From positions 320,001 to 384,000 of the forward strand of contig CBDCMT010000001.1 of NCBI GenBank assembly GCA_965219095.1: a DNA stretch of 64,000 nt, written 5' to 3'. Each line of letters opens with the position of its first letter. Within the stretch, counting starts at the first letter, position 1. Shown in pieces: positions 50,119 through 61,414 of the stretch. The position numbers were made by a program, and so were the translations under genes. The stretch comes from Bdellovibrionales bacterium. Its GTDB lineage: Bacteria; Bdellovibrionota; Bdellovibrionia; Bdellovibrionales; UBA1609. The notes beneath the pieces were generated by a model that did no database searches, was not told the origin of the DNA, and saw nothing but the letters and a program-made list of their open reading frames with translations.

Positions 50119-50175
50119 AACTTTCTCTTTAATGAACATTGTTCTTTGCTTTCTTTTTTCATAACTTTGTTTGTT

Positions 50176-50754
50176 CTAAAAGATATGATTACCAAGAAGA
50201 TCATGGTATTTTCTTCTTAACATTTTCTTCTTTTTAAAGATCCATTTTACAACATTTGTATTTTTGTTATCAGCCCCCGGCTCTTCAATTTCTTCAAGAA
50301 CTTCAAATATAAATTCACTATGGTGTATATCTTGAAAAGAGTAGCTTTTAAGCTCTAAAACAAAGAAAGGAGTTGATATTATGCATTTTCCATCTTCATT
50401 TCTAAAAAAACCTTTCCATTCTTCTTTTTCTTGCTTTTTATTATTAGATTCGATAGAGAAAAGATAAGGTTTTGTGAAAGGTCTAAAGATGAGTTCTTCT
50501 TCATTAGCGTGAACTAAAATCTCATATGAAGGTTTTTGTTCAAATGATTCCTTTAATTTTCCGTTTTCTATAACTTCTTGCCCCACTGTAAGGCTATAAA
50601 CACCGGGAAAAATACCAAGGGATTTATTGCAATTGAATTCTTCAAATTTAGAGACTATAAGTTCCGTAATTTTTACTCCCCTTGCCTTTGAAATGTAGGA
50701 AAATCCTGTAAACAGCAAAATAACTATCATCATATAAAATTTCTTACTTTTCAT
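50176..50754 (-). CDS. Secreted hypothetical protein
   Basis: Signal peptide; RBS. Confidence 0.6.
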   Translation of the reverse strand: MKSKKFYMMIVILLFTGFSYISKARGVKITELIVSKFEEFNCNKSLGIFPGVYSLTVGQEVIENGKLKESFEQKPSYEILVHANEEELIFRPFTKPYLFSIESNNKKQEKEEWKGFFRNEDGKCIISTPFFVLELKSYSFQDIHHSEFIFEVLEEIEEPGADNKNTNVVKWIFKKKKMLRRKYHDLLGNHIF

Positions 50755-50996
50755 TTTAAACCTCTCCTCAGTATTTTGATTATTAAATTGAAAATTGCTC
50801 CTAAAAAAATTCTTTTAATCTATTCACTTCAACCCTAAAACAAGATTAATGGTATACCATAATTGGTCTCAATATGCAAGCAGTCTGGAAAGGCTTAAAA
50901 GAAAAAACTCTAATTAAAAAGGATTACAGGAGGGTTTTAAAATAATTTAAAAAACATCCTTTTACAAGAGATTTACTTTGAAAAATTTTCATTCTA

Positions 50997-52134
50997 TAGT
51001 GCTTCCGTTTAGGTTTTCAGTTTCCTAAGATAGAGAAGTTATCAGTTATCAAAGTTTCTAATTTAGGCCTTTGTTTTCGTATTCCTCTAAAAAATTGACT
51101 TAAACTTCCCTTGAAATCGTCATAGTTTTCATAATATCGATTCGCCGTGACCTCTTTTTTCATAAACTTCCAAAGCCTTTCTATAGGATTTAAATTCGGT
51201 GAGTACGGAGGAAGATAAACAAGTTTTATATTCAACTCTTTCGCTAACTTCTTGACAGACTTCGATCTATTGTATCCGGCCCCATCTAAGATAAGATGAA
51301 TCTCTTTTTCATCGGAATACTTCTTAATGAATATGATAGAGCATATCACATAGAAAAACTTCGTTAACTGTCTTATAACTCCTGACTACCGTCTTCAAAC
51401 TATTGATCTCAATAGCTCCACAAACATTCACTCTTTTTCTCCAGCCTGAATTGGTCTTCACTTCAAACTTCTTACCCTCTCTTATCCAACCATATGAAAT
51501 CGTAGGGCCCCACTCAGGATGTGTGGAATCAGCAAAGTAAACAAGATCACCCTTCTTCTTAATTCTCTTGTATTTACGCACAAACTTTTTCTGCTCTTCT
51601 CTCTTTGCCTTACCCGGTATCGCTGTGGCTTTTTTATAAGAAAAACCAAGGCGATGGAGAAGATCAATTACACCACTTGTTGAGTACGTAACACCAAAAT
51701 TCTCCTCAATGAACTGAATAACGGTCTGTGATGATGGAAAAATTCTTTTCTCTAATTCCTTTAAAAGCACTTTCTCCTCTTTCTTAGTTAAAAAGGACCT
51801 TTTAGGGTTGTAATTGTCGTTGATTAAGCACTCTATCCCACCTTTGTTATAACGATCTCTACAGGCTCTTATCGTGCCCTCATCAATGAAAAGAAAGCAG
51901 GCAATATCTTTCACACAACTTACCTTTATCTAAATGGAGAATTGTCATAATCCTTTTTGCGTATTTAAGATTTTTCTCTAGAGATAGTTCATAGAGTAAA
52001 TCTTTTCGCTCTTTTTTTGATAGAAACCCTGATATATGAAACTATTTTTAAAAATAAATGACTTTTTATCAAGGCCTTAGAATAAAAACTAGACCTCAAC
52101 TCAAAAAAAACGGAAAACCTAAGCGGAAGCACTA
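50997..52134 (-). mobile_element. IS630 lineage B, second copy (frameshifted)
   Basis: Inverted near-copy of 15391-16528; TA flanks. Confidence 0.9.
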
Positions 52135-54164
52135 TATATCAATTCCAAAAAATAATTCGATATTTTTCAATAAATCAAAAAGCAAATAAACTTCCTTCTA
52201 TCTAATGTTCTATATGATGGCTTAAACCGATGACCTCTCTTGCTTTAGGAGGAGTACTTTTTTCTTGAAAGAGACTTAGTTTGCTGTAACCTAATTAAAA
52301 GGTAACTGTTCACTTAAATTCTAGTAATTTTAATGTTTAGAGAGGTATTCAGTAGCCATGTCAACGAAGGATAGATTCTGTTTTTTGGCCGTTCGAGCGA
52401 CACTCATCATAACCTCTTGGTTATGTGCTCCCTGTTCTGAGCGATTGCAATAAGAGATTTTTCTCATAAGTACAGCAGGCCTAATTTCCCTCTCTCCATA
52501 ATTGTTAGTGGGGTCTACTCCAGTCTTAATGAAAGTATAAATTTCATCTCGATATTTGACCAAACGTTTACAAAGCCTTTGTAAGTCATGGCTTCTGTAT
52601 TTTTTTGATACCCATTTTCCTGTATCATGCATAAGCAGTTTGTATTTTCGATCGATATTCTCTTTACTTTCATATTCATTTTGCAACCTTTTTCCCCTCT
52701 TGAAAAAAAGTTTGGCTCTCTTAGAAAACTGAGCAATTTCTTTGCTTCTAGGATGTTTTTCTTTTAGCCCATGAAGCTCCCTTAAAAGATGGGGCCAACA
52801 TTTTTGCTTTTGACAGTCAATCTTGTTATAGACAGCATAAAAATCTGAAACTAAAACTCCACGAAAAACTTCTCCAAGAACATTTTTAACCACATCTTGC
52901 GAACGAGTTTGACCTAAAATCCCGTTAAGTTATAACTAGGATTTTGACAAAATCTTATAAGTGCTTAAAAATACGGTGATTTTTTTAATTTTTTTCTTGC
53001 AATCTCTTTTTCCATGGTTATAATTATAACTATGAGTTACAGAGTCGAGCAAAAAATTAAAGGAAAAATTTACGTTTATGAAGTCAAGAGCTTTTGGGAT
53101 AAATCCAAGCAACAAGCAAGACAAAAAAGAACTTATCTTGGACGCAAGGATGAAAAAACAGGCAAAATTGTTTTAACTTCTAAAAACTCTATTGTTCCTA
53201 AAGGTTCCTATAAATTTGGCAGTTTTTTTCTACTTAAAAATCTATCTGATCAAATTAATTTAACAAAAGTTCTAAAAAAAGTTTTTCCATACGATTACAA
53301 AAAATACCTTTCTGTTGTATTTTACAAAGTGATCCAAGCTGATCCTTACTATTTATACACGCTATGGGAAGAGGAAACCTATACTTTTTCCAATATTGGG
53401 CTTGATTCCCAGAGAATAAGTGAGATGCTCTTGGATATTGGAAAAAATGAAAAGCAAATTGAAGTGTTTTTTAGCAATTGGATTAATGAGCAGGACAATA
53501 AATATTCAGTTATGTTTGATATTTCATCCATTTCTTCTTATTTTAAAAATAACGAACTAGTTGAACGTGGCTATAACCGTGACAAGGAGAATCTCGGTCA
53601 AACAAATTTAGGGATTATCAGTAGACGTGGGAAAAACTCTATTCAACTACCTTTAGCTTATAGAATATATCCTGGAAGTATATCGGATGTAGTAACTTTA
53701 AAAAACATAATTAAACTGATTAAGTACTATAAACTTAATGTTAATTATTTTGTTATGGATAGAGGTTTTTATAGTAAGGAAAATATACGAGAAATGAATA
53801 ACAAAGAGCTAAAATTCCTCCTACCACTGGTCTTTACAACACGAAAAGCAAAACAATTAGTTTATGATTTTGATGAAGAAATCAGCAAACCTATTTGCTC
53901 TTTTTTATACAATGAAAATGTTTACTCTCATGTAAGGACTAAGGTAGAAATAAATGGAGTTATATGTGTAGCACATATTTTTTTAGATAAAGAAAGAAGA
54001 GCAAGGGAGGAGAGTTTGTTGATAAGAAAAATGTCATATTTGGAATCAATTTTTTCAGAGAAGGGTTTTAAAGATGAAATAAGTGCCGAAGAATATATTA
54101 AAGAAACAATGAAGTCAAAGAGAAGATTCTTTAAAGTAAAGAAGAGAAACAAAAGGGTTACTAT

Positions 54165-56089
54165 CCTGAAATCTGTTAATTTTGGTACTAGGTTTTTATT
54201 CGGCCCTCGTAATGCGTCGCATTAGTCAGAGGGGATTTTACAACTTAAAGCTGTGTGGGATTTCCCGAGTCACATTAAAAGCTTTATAAAGGCTCTTTTG
54301 CTTACCGGACAACTCTCCTAATCTTGTTTGTCCTGTGGCCAATTTATAGAACTTTAATTTATCTAAAATTTTATAGACCTCTGTTTTTGAAAATTTCTTG
54401 TACAGATTCTTTTCTTTCATCACATTGTTTATGTGAGAGATTAAAATTAAAGCTATAAAGTTAATAAATAAACTTCCTCTCATGGTTTGTAGCGAATGAG
54501 TCCTCGCTCGCTTTTCATTTATATCATGCTTGAAAGACAAAAAAATCTTTTCAATGCTATCTTTGTTTCTATACAAATCTAAGATCTCATCTTTTGAAAG
54601 CTTTTGATCGCAATCGGTAAGTAAAATCAACACACCCATTTTTCGCATCTGCTTTTTAATATAATCCAAATCTTTCGAAATAAAAAAACCTCCCTTTTTC
54701 TTGACAACTGTAAAGCGCTTCTTGGCACTCTTTAAGGTTTCTGCTATGCACTCATCGCACTCTTTCTTTGTCCTAAATTTCTTCTTAGAAAATCTTCGCT
54801 CAAAACAATCCAACTTCAATAGCATTTCATTTTTTTTAGACACCCTTCTCTTTTCATCCAAATATATATGAGCCATACAACGAGTCTTTCCAATTTTAAT
54901 TTCTCGTTTGCAGTAAGAATAAACTTGACCACGGAATACAAACGAAGAGGGAATTGAATCAAGCTCCTTACTCACAGATCCCAATAAAGCATGGGATAGA
55001 CTCGTACTAAAGCTCATAGGGACGATATACGATGAAGCCTCCCTGTTTAAATCTTTTATGTTTTCTTGGCTGTAAAACCCTTTATCTAAAACAAAACACT
55101 TCAAATCTAAATCGTATTCCTTGGCTAACTGTAACACGCTCCTTAATGACACAACATCAGTAATACTGCCCGGATACAATCGATAACCCAAAGGAAGGCT
55201 TGAACTTCCTTTGCCTAAACCTTCCTTGCTCTGACTTAAAACTCCTAAATTGACTTGATCCAAAGACTCACCATCTCGATTATAACCCCTTTCTAAAAAC
55301 TCATTCTCAACACCATAAGAAGATATAGATGTAATATCAAACATAAAAACTCTGGAGCTTTCTCTGTGTACACCAATCCACTCCATAAAAAATCTCTCCA
55401 CTCTCTGCTCGTCTAAACCTATAGATAAAAGAAAATTACTTATGTCCGGTGAATTAAGACAATTCTTGGAAGAAACAAAGGATTCTTGACACCAATACGG
55501 ATAAAGATAATAAGCTTCCCCCCTAATCACTTTAAAAAAAGACAAATAAAGAACCTTCTCATATTCTTTCGGAAAAACTTTCTTTAACACCTTCACTAAA
55601 TTTAATTGCTTGCTGATCTCTCGCAAAAGATGCACCCCCCCAACACCTACAGAACCTATAGGATGTTTGTTCAACTTGGCTTCAAGCTTCCCCGTAGATT
55701 GATTCTTCTTGCCCAAATAAACTCTTCTCTGACGAGATTGTTTTTTTTCTTTGTCCCAGTAACTGCTTATCTCATACACATAGATGCTTCCATTTCTTTT
55801 CTCTTCATACCTATAAGACATAGTTCAAATTGAACTATGTTTTAGGGGCTTTGTCAACTCCCTGTTGATGGCTCAAAACTCTTAACGACAGGATCAAATT
55901 TCAATCCAAAAACAGAGCCTATGAAAAACATAGCTTTAAAAAGACCTATAAAAATAGTGTGTTATAAGTTCTCCAGAAAAACTCAATGAGACTAAATTAA
56001 CTCGTTCTTATGATTTATCAGGAGTATTCTGTTGAAAAAAAACAGGCTCTTAGTCCTGAAACCTAGTACCAAAATTAACAGATTTCAGG
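54165..56089 (-). mobile_element. IS1634-like IS nested in the previous element
   Basis: 28-bp IRs cctgaaatctgttaattttggtactagg; TSD tactat. Confidence 0.92.
54238..55821 (-). CDS. IS1634-like transposase (intact)
   Basis: FDITSISSY, GYNRDG, LDKGFYS and YRNKDSIEK motifs. Confidence 0.9.
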   Translation of the reverse strand: MSYRYEEKRNGSIYVYEISSYWDKEKKQSRQRRVYLGKKNQSTGKLEAKLNKHPIGSVGVGGVHLLREISKQLNLVKVLKKVFPKEYEKVLYLSFFKVIRGEAYYLYPYWCQESFVSSKNCLNSPDISNFLLSIGLDEQRVERFFMEWIGVHRESSRVFMFDITSISSYGVENEFLERGYNRDGESLDQVNLGVLSQSKEGLGKGSSSLPLGYRLYPGSITDVVSLRSVLQLAKEYDLDLKCFVLDKGFYSQENIKDLNREASSYIVPMSFSTSLSHALLGSVSKELDSIPSSFVFRGQVYSYCKREIKIGKTRCMAHIYLDEKRRVSKKNEMLLKLDCFERRFSKKKFRTKKECDECIAETLKSAKKRFTVVKKKGGFFISKDLDYIKKQMRKMGVLILLTDCDQKLSKDEILDLYRNKDSIEKIFLSFKHDINEKRARTHSLQTMRGSLFINFIALILISHINNVMKEKNLYKKFSKTEVYKILDKLKFYKLATGQTRLGELSGKQKSLYKAFNVTREIPHSFKL

Positions 56090-57357
56090 TACTATAGAAA
56101 GAGATGAAGTTTTCCTCAAAGAGGCAGTTATGCAAATGGGAAAGTTTATTTTTATTACAAATGAAAGGGGTTTAGATCGGAAGGATGTGTTATCGCTTTA
56201 TCGTAGTAGAGATGGGATAGAAAGATTATTTAGATCTTTTAAGCACGATATTCTTGAAAAAAGGAGTAGGGTAAAATCATCCACTTCAATGAAGGGAAGT
56301 GTTTTTATAAACTTTTTAGCTTTGATTTTAATTTCTCATATTGATAAGATTATGAATCAGGAAAAGTTGTACAAAAAAGTTACTAAAAAGGAGTTATTTA
56401 GAACACTTGATCAACTTAAAGTTTACCATCTTGCAAATGATAAGATCATTTTAGCCGAAGTATCAAAACGTCAAAAAGAAATTTTTTCGGCGTTTAAATT
56501 GTTGAAAAAGCTCAAACCTAGTTATAACTCAACGGGATTTTAGGGTTTGATCAATCTTATAAAATGACACATCATCATTTGAAAAACTCCAGAGCCAATG
56601 ACTGTTCCCATTCACTCTCCATCCTGTCTCATCAGCATGCAAATGCCCCTGCTCCGATAATACGGACTTGATATCCTCGTAAGCCCCCTCAAACTTCCTT
56701 GCCGTACGACTTATAATCTCTGACAAAACACCACGACTGATTTCCATACCATATTGATCAGACAAAAGATTTTTTATTTTACCAAAACTTAAACCCAACT
56801 CATATTTCCAATAACACACTTGAGCATGAAACTTAAGACCATAAAGACTCGCTCCCAACTTATCATTCACAGAAACCTCCTTGTTACAACAACTGCACCA
56901 ACTCCAGCCTACAATGTGTTTCGTGGTGATGACTTGACTTACAGGTGGTAAATCCACCTGATAGTGAACATGCCACTTATGAGAGGGAGGAAGATCAGAG
57001 TCACATTTACTACAAACCAGTGGAGTCCAAGTGGTCTCCTGATCCGCTTCCTCAGGCCTTTTTCTTCGATGAACTTTATGACCCTTTTTAGGACCCTTCT
57101 TTTTTCCTTTTTTAAGGCTTCCATCTGGATTTTTATTCTTGTTCTTTTTGGCCCACTTAGGAAGCTTGCGTATTGATTGAAGCTCCTCTTTTAGCTTCTC
57201 ATTTTCTTTTTTAAAATGTTCATTATCTTTTTTTAAACGCTTGCGCTCTTCTTCTAAATGCTTGTAATCTTCTTCTAAATGCTCATGCTCTTCTTCTAAA
57301 TGCTTGTAATCTTTTTCTAAACATTTTATTTCTTTTTGTGCTTTCTTAAGCACTATA

Positions 57358-57503
57358 TAGTCCTTTCCGTTTAAGTTTTTAGAATCTAAAGGAAGAATTA
57401 TCATATGAAACTATTTTTTAAAACAAATGACGATTTATCAATACTTTTGAATAAAAACTAGACCCTAACTCAAAAAATCTGAAAATCTAAACGAAAAACA
57501 TCA
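57358..57503 (-). mobile_element. ~146-bp IS630-B deletion derivative
   Basis: Empty-site version of 16531-18244. Confidence 0.7.
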
Positions 57504-57505
57504 TA

Positions 57506-57575
57506 TAGTGCTTCCGTTTAGGTTTTCATGTTTTTTCTCTAAAGAATCGACCGGAAAATCTAAGCGTATTCACTA
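57506..57575. mobile_element. 70-bp IS630-B MITE
   Basis: Absent at the equivalent site near 18245; TA duplication. Confidence 0.88.
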
Positions 57576-57917
57576 TATAACATTATAGGCATAGGAGCTT
57601 TTAGTGAAATTTCAACAATTTACTAGAATTTTTCTGAACAGTTACGTTAAAAGACTTAATAGGAGAGTCAATAGGGGTGGCTTTATTTTTAGTTATTTAG
57701 AAAAAGATCTTAAGGAGCTAGGCCCTTTTGAAGCTAGGGATAAGAAAACTCAAACAGTCATTTTGAATGCAAACAACAAAAAAAGATCCAGTAACCTCTT
57801 AGTGAGGCAAGTCGAGGGTCGAGAATGTTTTTTTTTGATACATTCTGTGTTTTTTTACTTGAATCTCAGTTATAATAAAATTAACAAAATTAAAAACCTT
57901 AAACATAGGAATTTTTC

Positions 57918-58253
57918 ATGAAATACATAAAATATAGTTTGTTATTTATTTTTATATTAGCTTGTGATGAAGTGTTTTCTTGCTCTGGATTATTAAGGAC
58001 AAAAGACCATATTTCTCATTCATGTGATTCTTCTTCAGAATCTTGTTCTTTACAGGATCAGTCCTCCAACAAACTTGCTGGTTATTTTAATTCTCGCATG
58101 AGAATGATTCAAAGAGCAAAAGACCGAGGTATTGCTTCTGAAAACTACAAAAAATGTGTGGATTCTAATCCTGAAAACCTTTCCCTTGATGAACTTGTAA
58201 AACAGTGTAAAAGACAAATGGCTGAAGATGTAAAACTTCGCCCTAAAAACTAA
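57918..58253 (+). CDS. Secreted or lipoprotein hypothetical protein
   Basis: Hydrophobic leader with ILAC. Confidence 0.6.
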   Translation: MKYIKYSLLFIFILACDEVFSCSGLLRTKDHISHSCDSSSESCSLQDQSSNKLAGYFNSRMRMIQRAKDRGIASENYKKCVDSNPENLSLDELVKQCKRQMAEDVKLRPKN

Positions 58254-58271
58254 GGTTTTTAAATTGGGTTC

Positions 58272-59252
58272 TTATAATAAGCCTTGTTTCTTACTCCATT
58301 CAAGAGAGTCTTGAAGAGCTTTTCTGGAAGATTGGGGCAAAAAACTTAATTCTTTTTTGGCTTTAGAATGATCAAAAAAGTGGTAAAGAGTTGAGATTGT
58401 AGCCACCTCTTTGTTCATAAGACCTATGCTTCCCATCAGTTTTAAAATGGGTTTAGGTAAATACAAACGAGGCGGAGAAACCGATGAAAGAGAAGCTATC
58501 GTTTTAAAAAGTTCTTTAATGGTAAGGTTGTCTCCTGATAAAATATAACGTTCCCCTTTGACTCCTTTTTCAAAAGCTTTTAAGGTTGCTTGAATGACAT
58601 CTTTAATATGTACAATACTCACTCCTCCTGGTGTATAAAACAAAAAACGTCCTTGTGCCACTTTAAGTTGTATCCTACGGCTTTGTTTTGTGGAATCGCG
58701 AGGGCCATAAATTGTGGAAGGATTTAAAATGACTGCATTTAGGCCGGAGTTTCTCACTAAATCTTCAGCTTTTTTCTTTGTATCAAAATAGCCTAGAGAT
58801 AGGTGGCCTATGTTATAGGAAGAGTTTTCGTTTAAAATGTCAGAAGGATGAAATCCTGCTCCTATGGCTGCTACAGAACTGAAATGGACAAAGCGCTCAA
58901 GGTTTGTGGTTTTTTTCACAGCTTCTATAAGGTTATAAGTGCCTTCTACATTAACTTTTTCCATAAGTTCAGTTTGTCCATAACCTACAAGGCCTCCTAG
59001 ATGAAAAACCACTTTTTGTCCTATAAGAGCTTTTTCTAAGCTTTTAGGATCATTAAGATCACCTAAAACGAGCTTTACTTTTAAGTGCTTCACAAGGTTT
59101 AAATTACTTGTTTTTCTGTAAAGTAAAGAAACTTCAAACCCTTTTTTTACGAGAAACTCTGTAAGCCAAGATCCAACAAAACCTGTTCCACCTGTAATAA
59201 AAGCCTTCATAAATATCTTATACAAGATGTTTAATTTTTCGACAAGTGACAA
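58272..59252 (-). CDS. NAD-dependent epimerase/dehydratase (extended SDR)
   Basis: ITGGTGFVG and YFDTK motifs. Confidence 0.9.
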   Translation of the reverse strand: MSLVEKLNILYKIFMKAFITGGTGFVGSWLTEFLVKKGFEVSLLYRKTSNLNLVKHLKVKLVLGDLNDPKSLEKALIGQKVVFHLGGLVGYGQTELMEKVNVEGTYNLIEAVKKTTNLERFVHFSSVAAIGAGFHPSDILNENSSYNIGHLSLGYFDTKKKAEDLVRNSGLNAVILNPSTIYGPRDSTKQSRRIQLKVAQGRFLFYTPGGVSIVHIKDVIQATLKAFEKGVKGERYILSGDNLTIKELFKTIASLSSVSPPRLYLPKPILKLMGSIGLMNKEVATISTLYHFFDHSKAKKELSFLPQSSRKALQDSLEWSKKQGLL

Positions 59253-59359
59253 TTTTTATCTGCCCTTTTTTGTCATAATCCTTGTGAGAAAGGATTTTTA
59301 GGGCCTAAAAGTTGGCATGTTTCTTGAATGTCTCTTATTTTAGAAGGAAGAATTAAATT

Positions 59360-59926
59360 ATGAAGTACAGATTTTTTTCTATTATAATATGGTTTTTTTG
59401 GGGAGGATTAGGATTGTTTATGGTTAATTGTTCCAATCACCAAAGAGAAAATATCTATGCCACATCTCCTGATGGCTTTTATTGTGAGTACAATGGAAAT
59501 CGTTATTCGAAGACACAATCTGGCATTCATTACGATAGGTTTTGTGAAAGATTTGATCATCCTGTAGAAAGGAACAAATGCTATGCAGACAGAATGAATA
59601 TTAATTATTATCGTTCTTTTCATAACTGTAATTATACCAATGATCTTTTGCGAAGATATCCAAATCACCTTTATCCTTATTCTAGAAATGTAAAGTGCAG
59701 AGAAAAGCACTTCTTAGGAGGTATTGGGGTGGCTAGATTTTGTATTAATACTGGTTTTAGAGCACATTTAAGCACCCATGCACCAGGAAGTAATAGAGGA
59801 GCAAGGTGTAGTCTTGATAGATACCATCAGCCTGACTGCCATTGTGTACCCCTTTACCATGTTGATCCTCTAGCTCCTGTTCTTGATGTCAACCATTTCT
59901 CACAAGTTCAAGGCATTTGCCTTTAG
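59360..59926 (+). CDS. Cys-rich putative lipoprotein
   Basis: Leader ending MVNC; many cysteines. Confidence 0.6.
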   Translation: MKYRFFSIIIWFFWGGLGLFMVNCSNHQRENIYATSPDGFYCEYNGNRYSKTQSGIHYDRFCERFDHPVERNKCYADRMNINYYRSFHNCNYTNDLLRRYPNHLYPYSRNVKCREKHFLGGIGVARFCINTGFRAHLSTHAPGSNRGARCSLDRYHQPDCHCVPLYHVDPLAPVLDVNHFSQVQGICL

Positions 59927-60159
59927 TCCTGCTTCTCAATTAAGACATATTTTGTTTTGATTCAAAGTATTTAAAGATTCTATGAGCTTTAAAGAATTCT
60001 TATAAATGGCTCGTGAACTTTTGTAAGTTCTTAGAATCATTAAAAAATTTAAAAGGAAATAATAAAATTAACAACTTAGCCGTCACTGTCTATCTTAAAA
60101 TTTCCTGAAAGTTCTCTAAGGTTCCTTCATTTTTTACTCTGAACTCAATCTAAACAAAC

Positions 60160-60207
60160 GCCTCCTCAAAAGAACCTTCGGGAACCCACAGATTCTTTTG
60201 AGGAGGC
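60160..60207. mobile_element. 48-bp palindromic ISL3 end remnant
   Basis: Two right ends fused: gcctcctcaaaagaa + ccttcgggaacccacagattcttttgaggaggc. Confidence 0.75.
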
Positions 60208-60272
60208 AAAATTTTTAAAACTATAATAGTTTTTGCTATGTTTTTTCAAGGTACAGCTTTTACTCAAAATTC

Positions 60273-60920
60273 GAGGATGTCCGTAATCCCGTTAGGGTTT
60301 CAGAAGGGACTTTTTCATAATTAAGCTATCTCCATTTGTTTTTCAAGGGTTATTTTATTTATTTCTTCTATAAATAGAGGGATTTGTTTATGTCCCCTGA
60401 TAGTGCGAAATTTTTTCTCGACATGTAACAAGGAAGCTGCGACCCATAAGGAGATTTGTCGAGGATTTTTTTTCCAATTCTTCACTCTTCCTGTTTGTTG
60501 ACGAACGATAGAGAAGGCACTTTCTATTGGGTTCGTAGAGCTTAAAGTCTTTCGTAAAAGAGGAGGAGTTTTTAAACGAAGGACTGTCAATGTTTCTAAA
60601 TGGGCTTCTTTAAGACTTTCTGAAGCTTCAGAGCTTATTTTTTTAAGCCACTTCAGAAGACTATCATGTTCTTTTTTAGCACTTTCATAATCTTCCAATC
60701 CATGAAGTTTTTTCCAACGTCTTTTAAACTCTAAGTGCTTTTCTTTGGGAAGATAGGAGAGGATATTCCTCTCCTTATGATGAATGCATCTTTGAACCAA
60801 AGAGTTCTGTCCAAAAACATCATTGATGGATTTGCGAAGAGCTTTGCTTCCGTCAGTCACAAACAGTTTTTTGCTATCTTGTGGAAGACCACGTTCTATA
60901 AGATTTTGCAAGAGGTGAAC
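60273..60920 (-). mobile_element. IS256-family 3' fragment
   Basis: VTDG, QRCIHHKERN and STNPIES motifs. Confidence 0.88.
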
Positions 60921-60925
60921 TTCCC

Positions 60926-61149
60926 CCTGTTTCTTGAATCGATTTTCCGTCTTGCATATGCTGCAAAGCTTGGAGTTTTATCTTGATATTGGGATTTCTT
61001 TCCACTTTGTAAGTAGCCAGAAAATCATACCCTTGAATCTGTGTAACTAAATCTTTTTTCGACATGACTCTAAAAATTTAACAGAGTTTTATCAGAAAGC
61101 CATGATGCAATGCGTTAAAAGAATGTCGAATTAATTTTTGGAAATGGTA
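60926..61149 (-). mobile_element. IS630-A left-end fragment
   Basis: MSKKDLVTQIQGYDF start and IR as at 7855-8075. Confidence 0.85.
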
Positions 61150-61414
61150 TTATTACTCGATTTGCAAAACCTCTCAGAAAGAGATTTAATAACTGATGAA
61201 GTGTAGAGACCTCTCATCCCACCTCCATCTAAAGAGAGAACTCTGTAAGGCTTTAGACATTCATTGCCTTTTCTCTCATTATTCATCATGCTGCTTCCTC
61301 CTACTATAGGCTATATTTCTCTAGAAAAGCCATAAATTTTTCTTGAAATATCAATCTTTTTGTCATAACATAAATTATAGTATAAATAGGCTGTAAAGTC
61401 AAGGAAAAACTAAT

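Larger units (their letters stand above)
52913..56544 (+). mobile_element. IS1634-like IS inside tnpC (transposase halves 53014-54164 and 56090-56543)
   Basis: IRs cctaaaatcccgttaagttataactagg / cctagttataactcaacgggattttagg; TSD gtttga. Confidence 0.9.
52302..57645 (-). mobile_element. IS66-family element, second copy, disrupted
   Basis: gtaactgttca / tgaacagttac ends; flanks attaaaag/gttaaaag (7/8 TSD); tnpC halves 52330-52912 and 56545-57350. Confidence 0.88.

Noticed and set aside
57604..57921. 105-aa ORF
   Set aside because: Starts inside the IS66 end; no RBS or recognisable motif
60874..61065. 63-aa protein
   Set aside because: IS630-A start joined out of frame to the IS256 fragment
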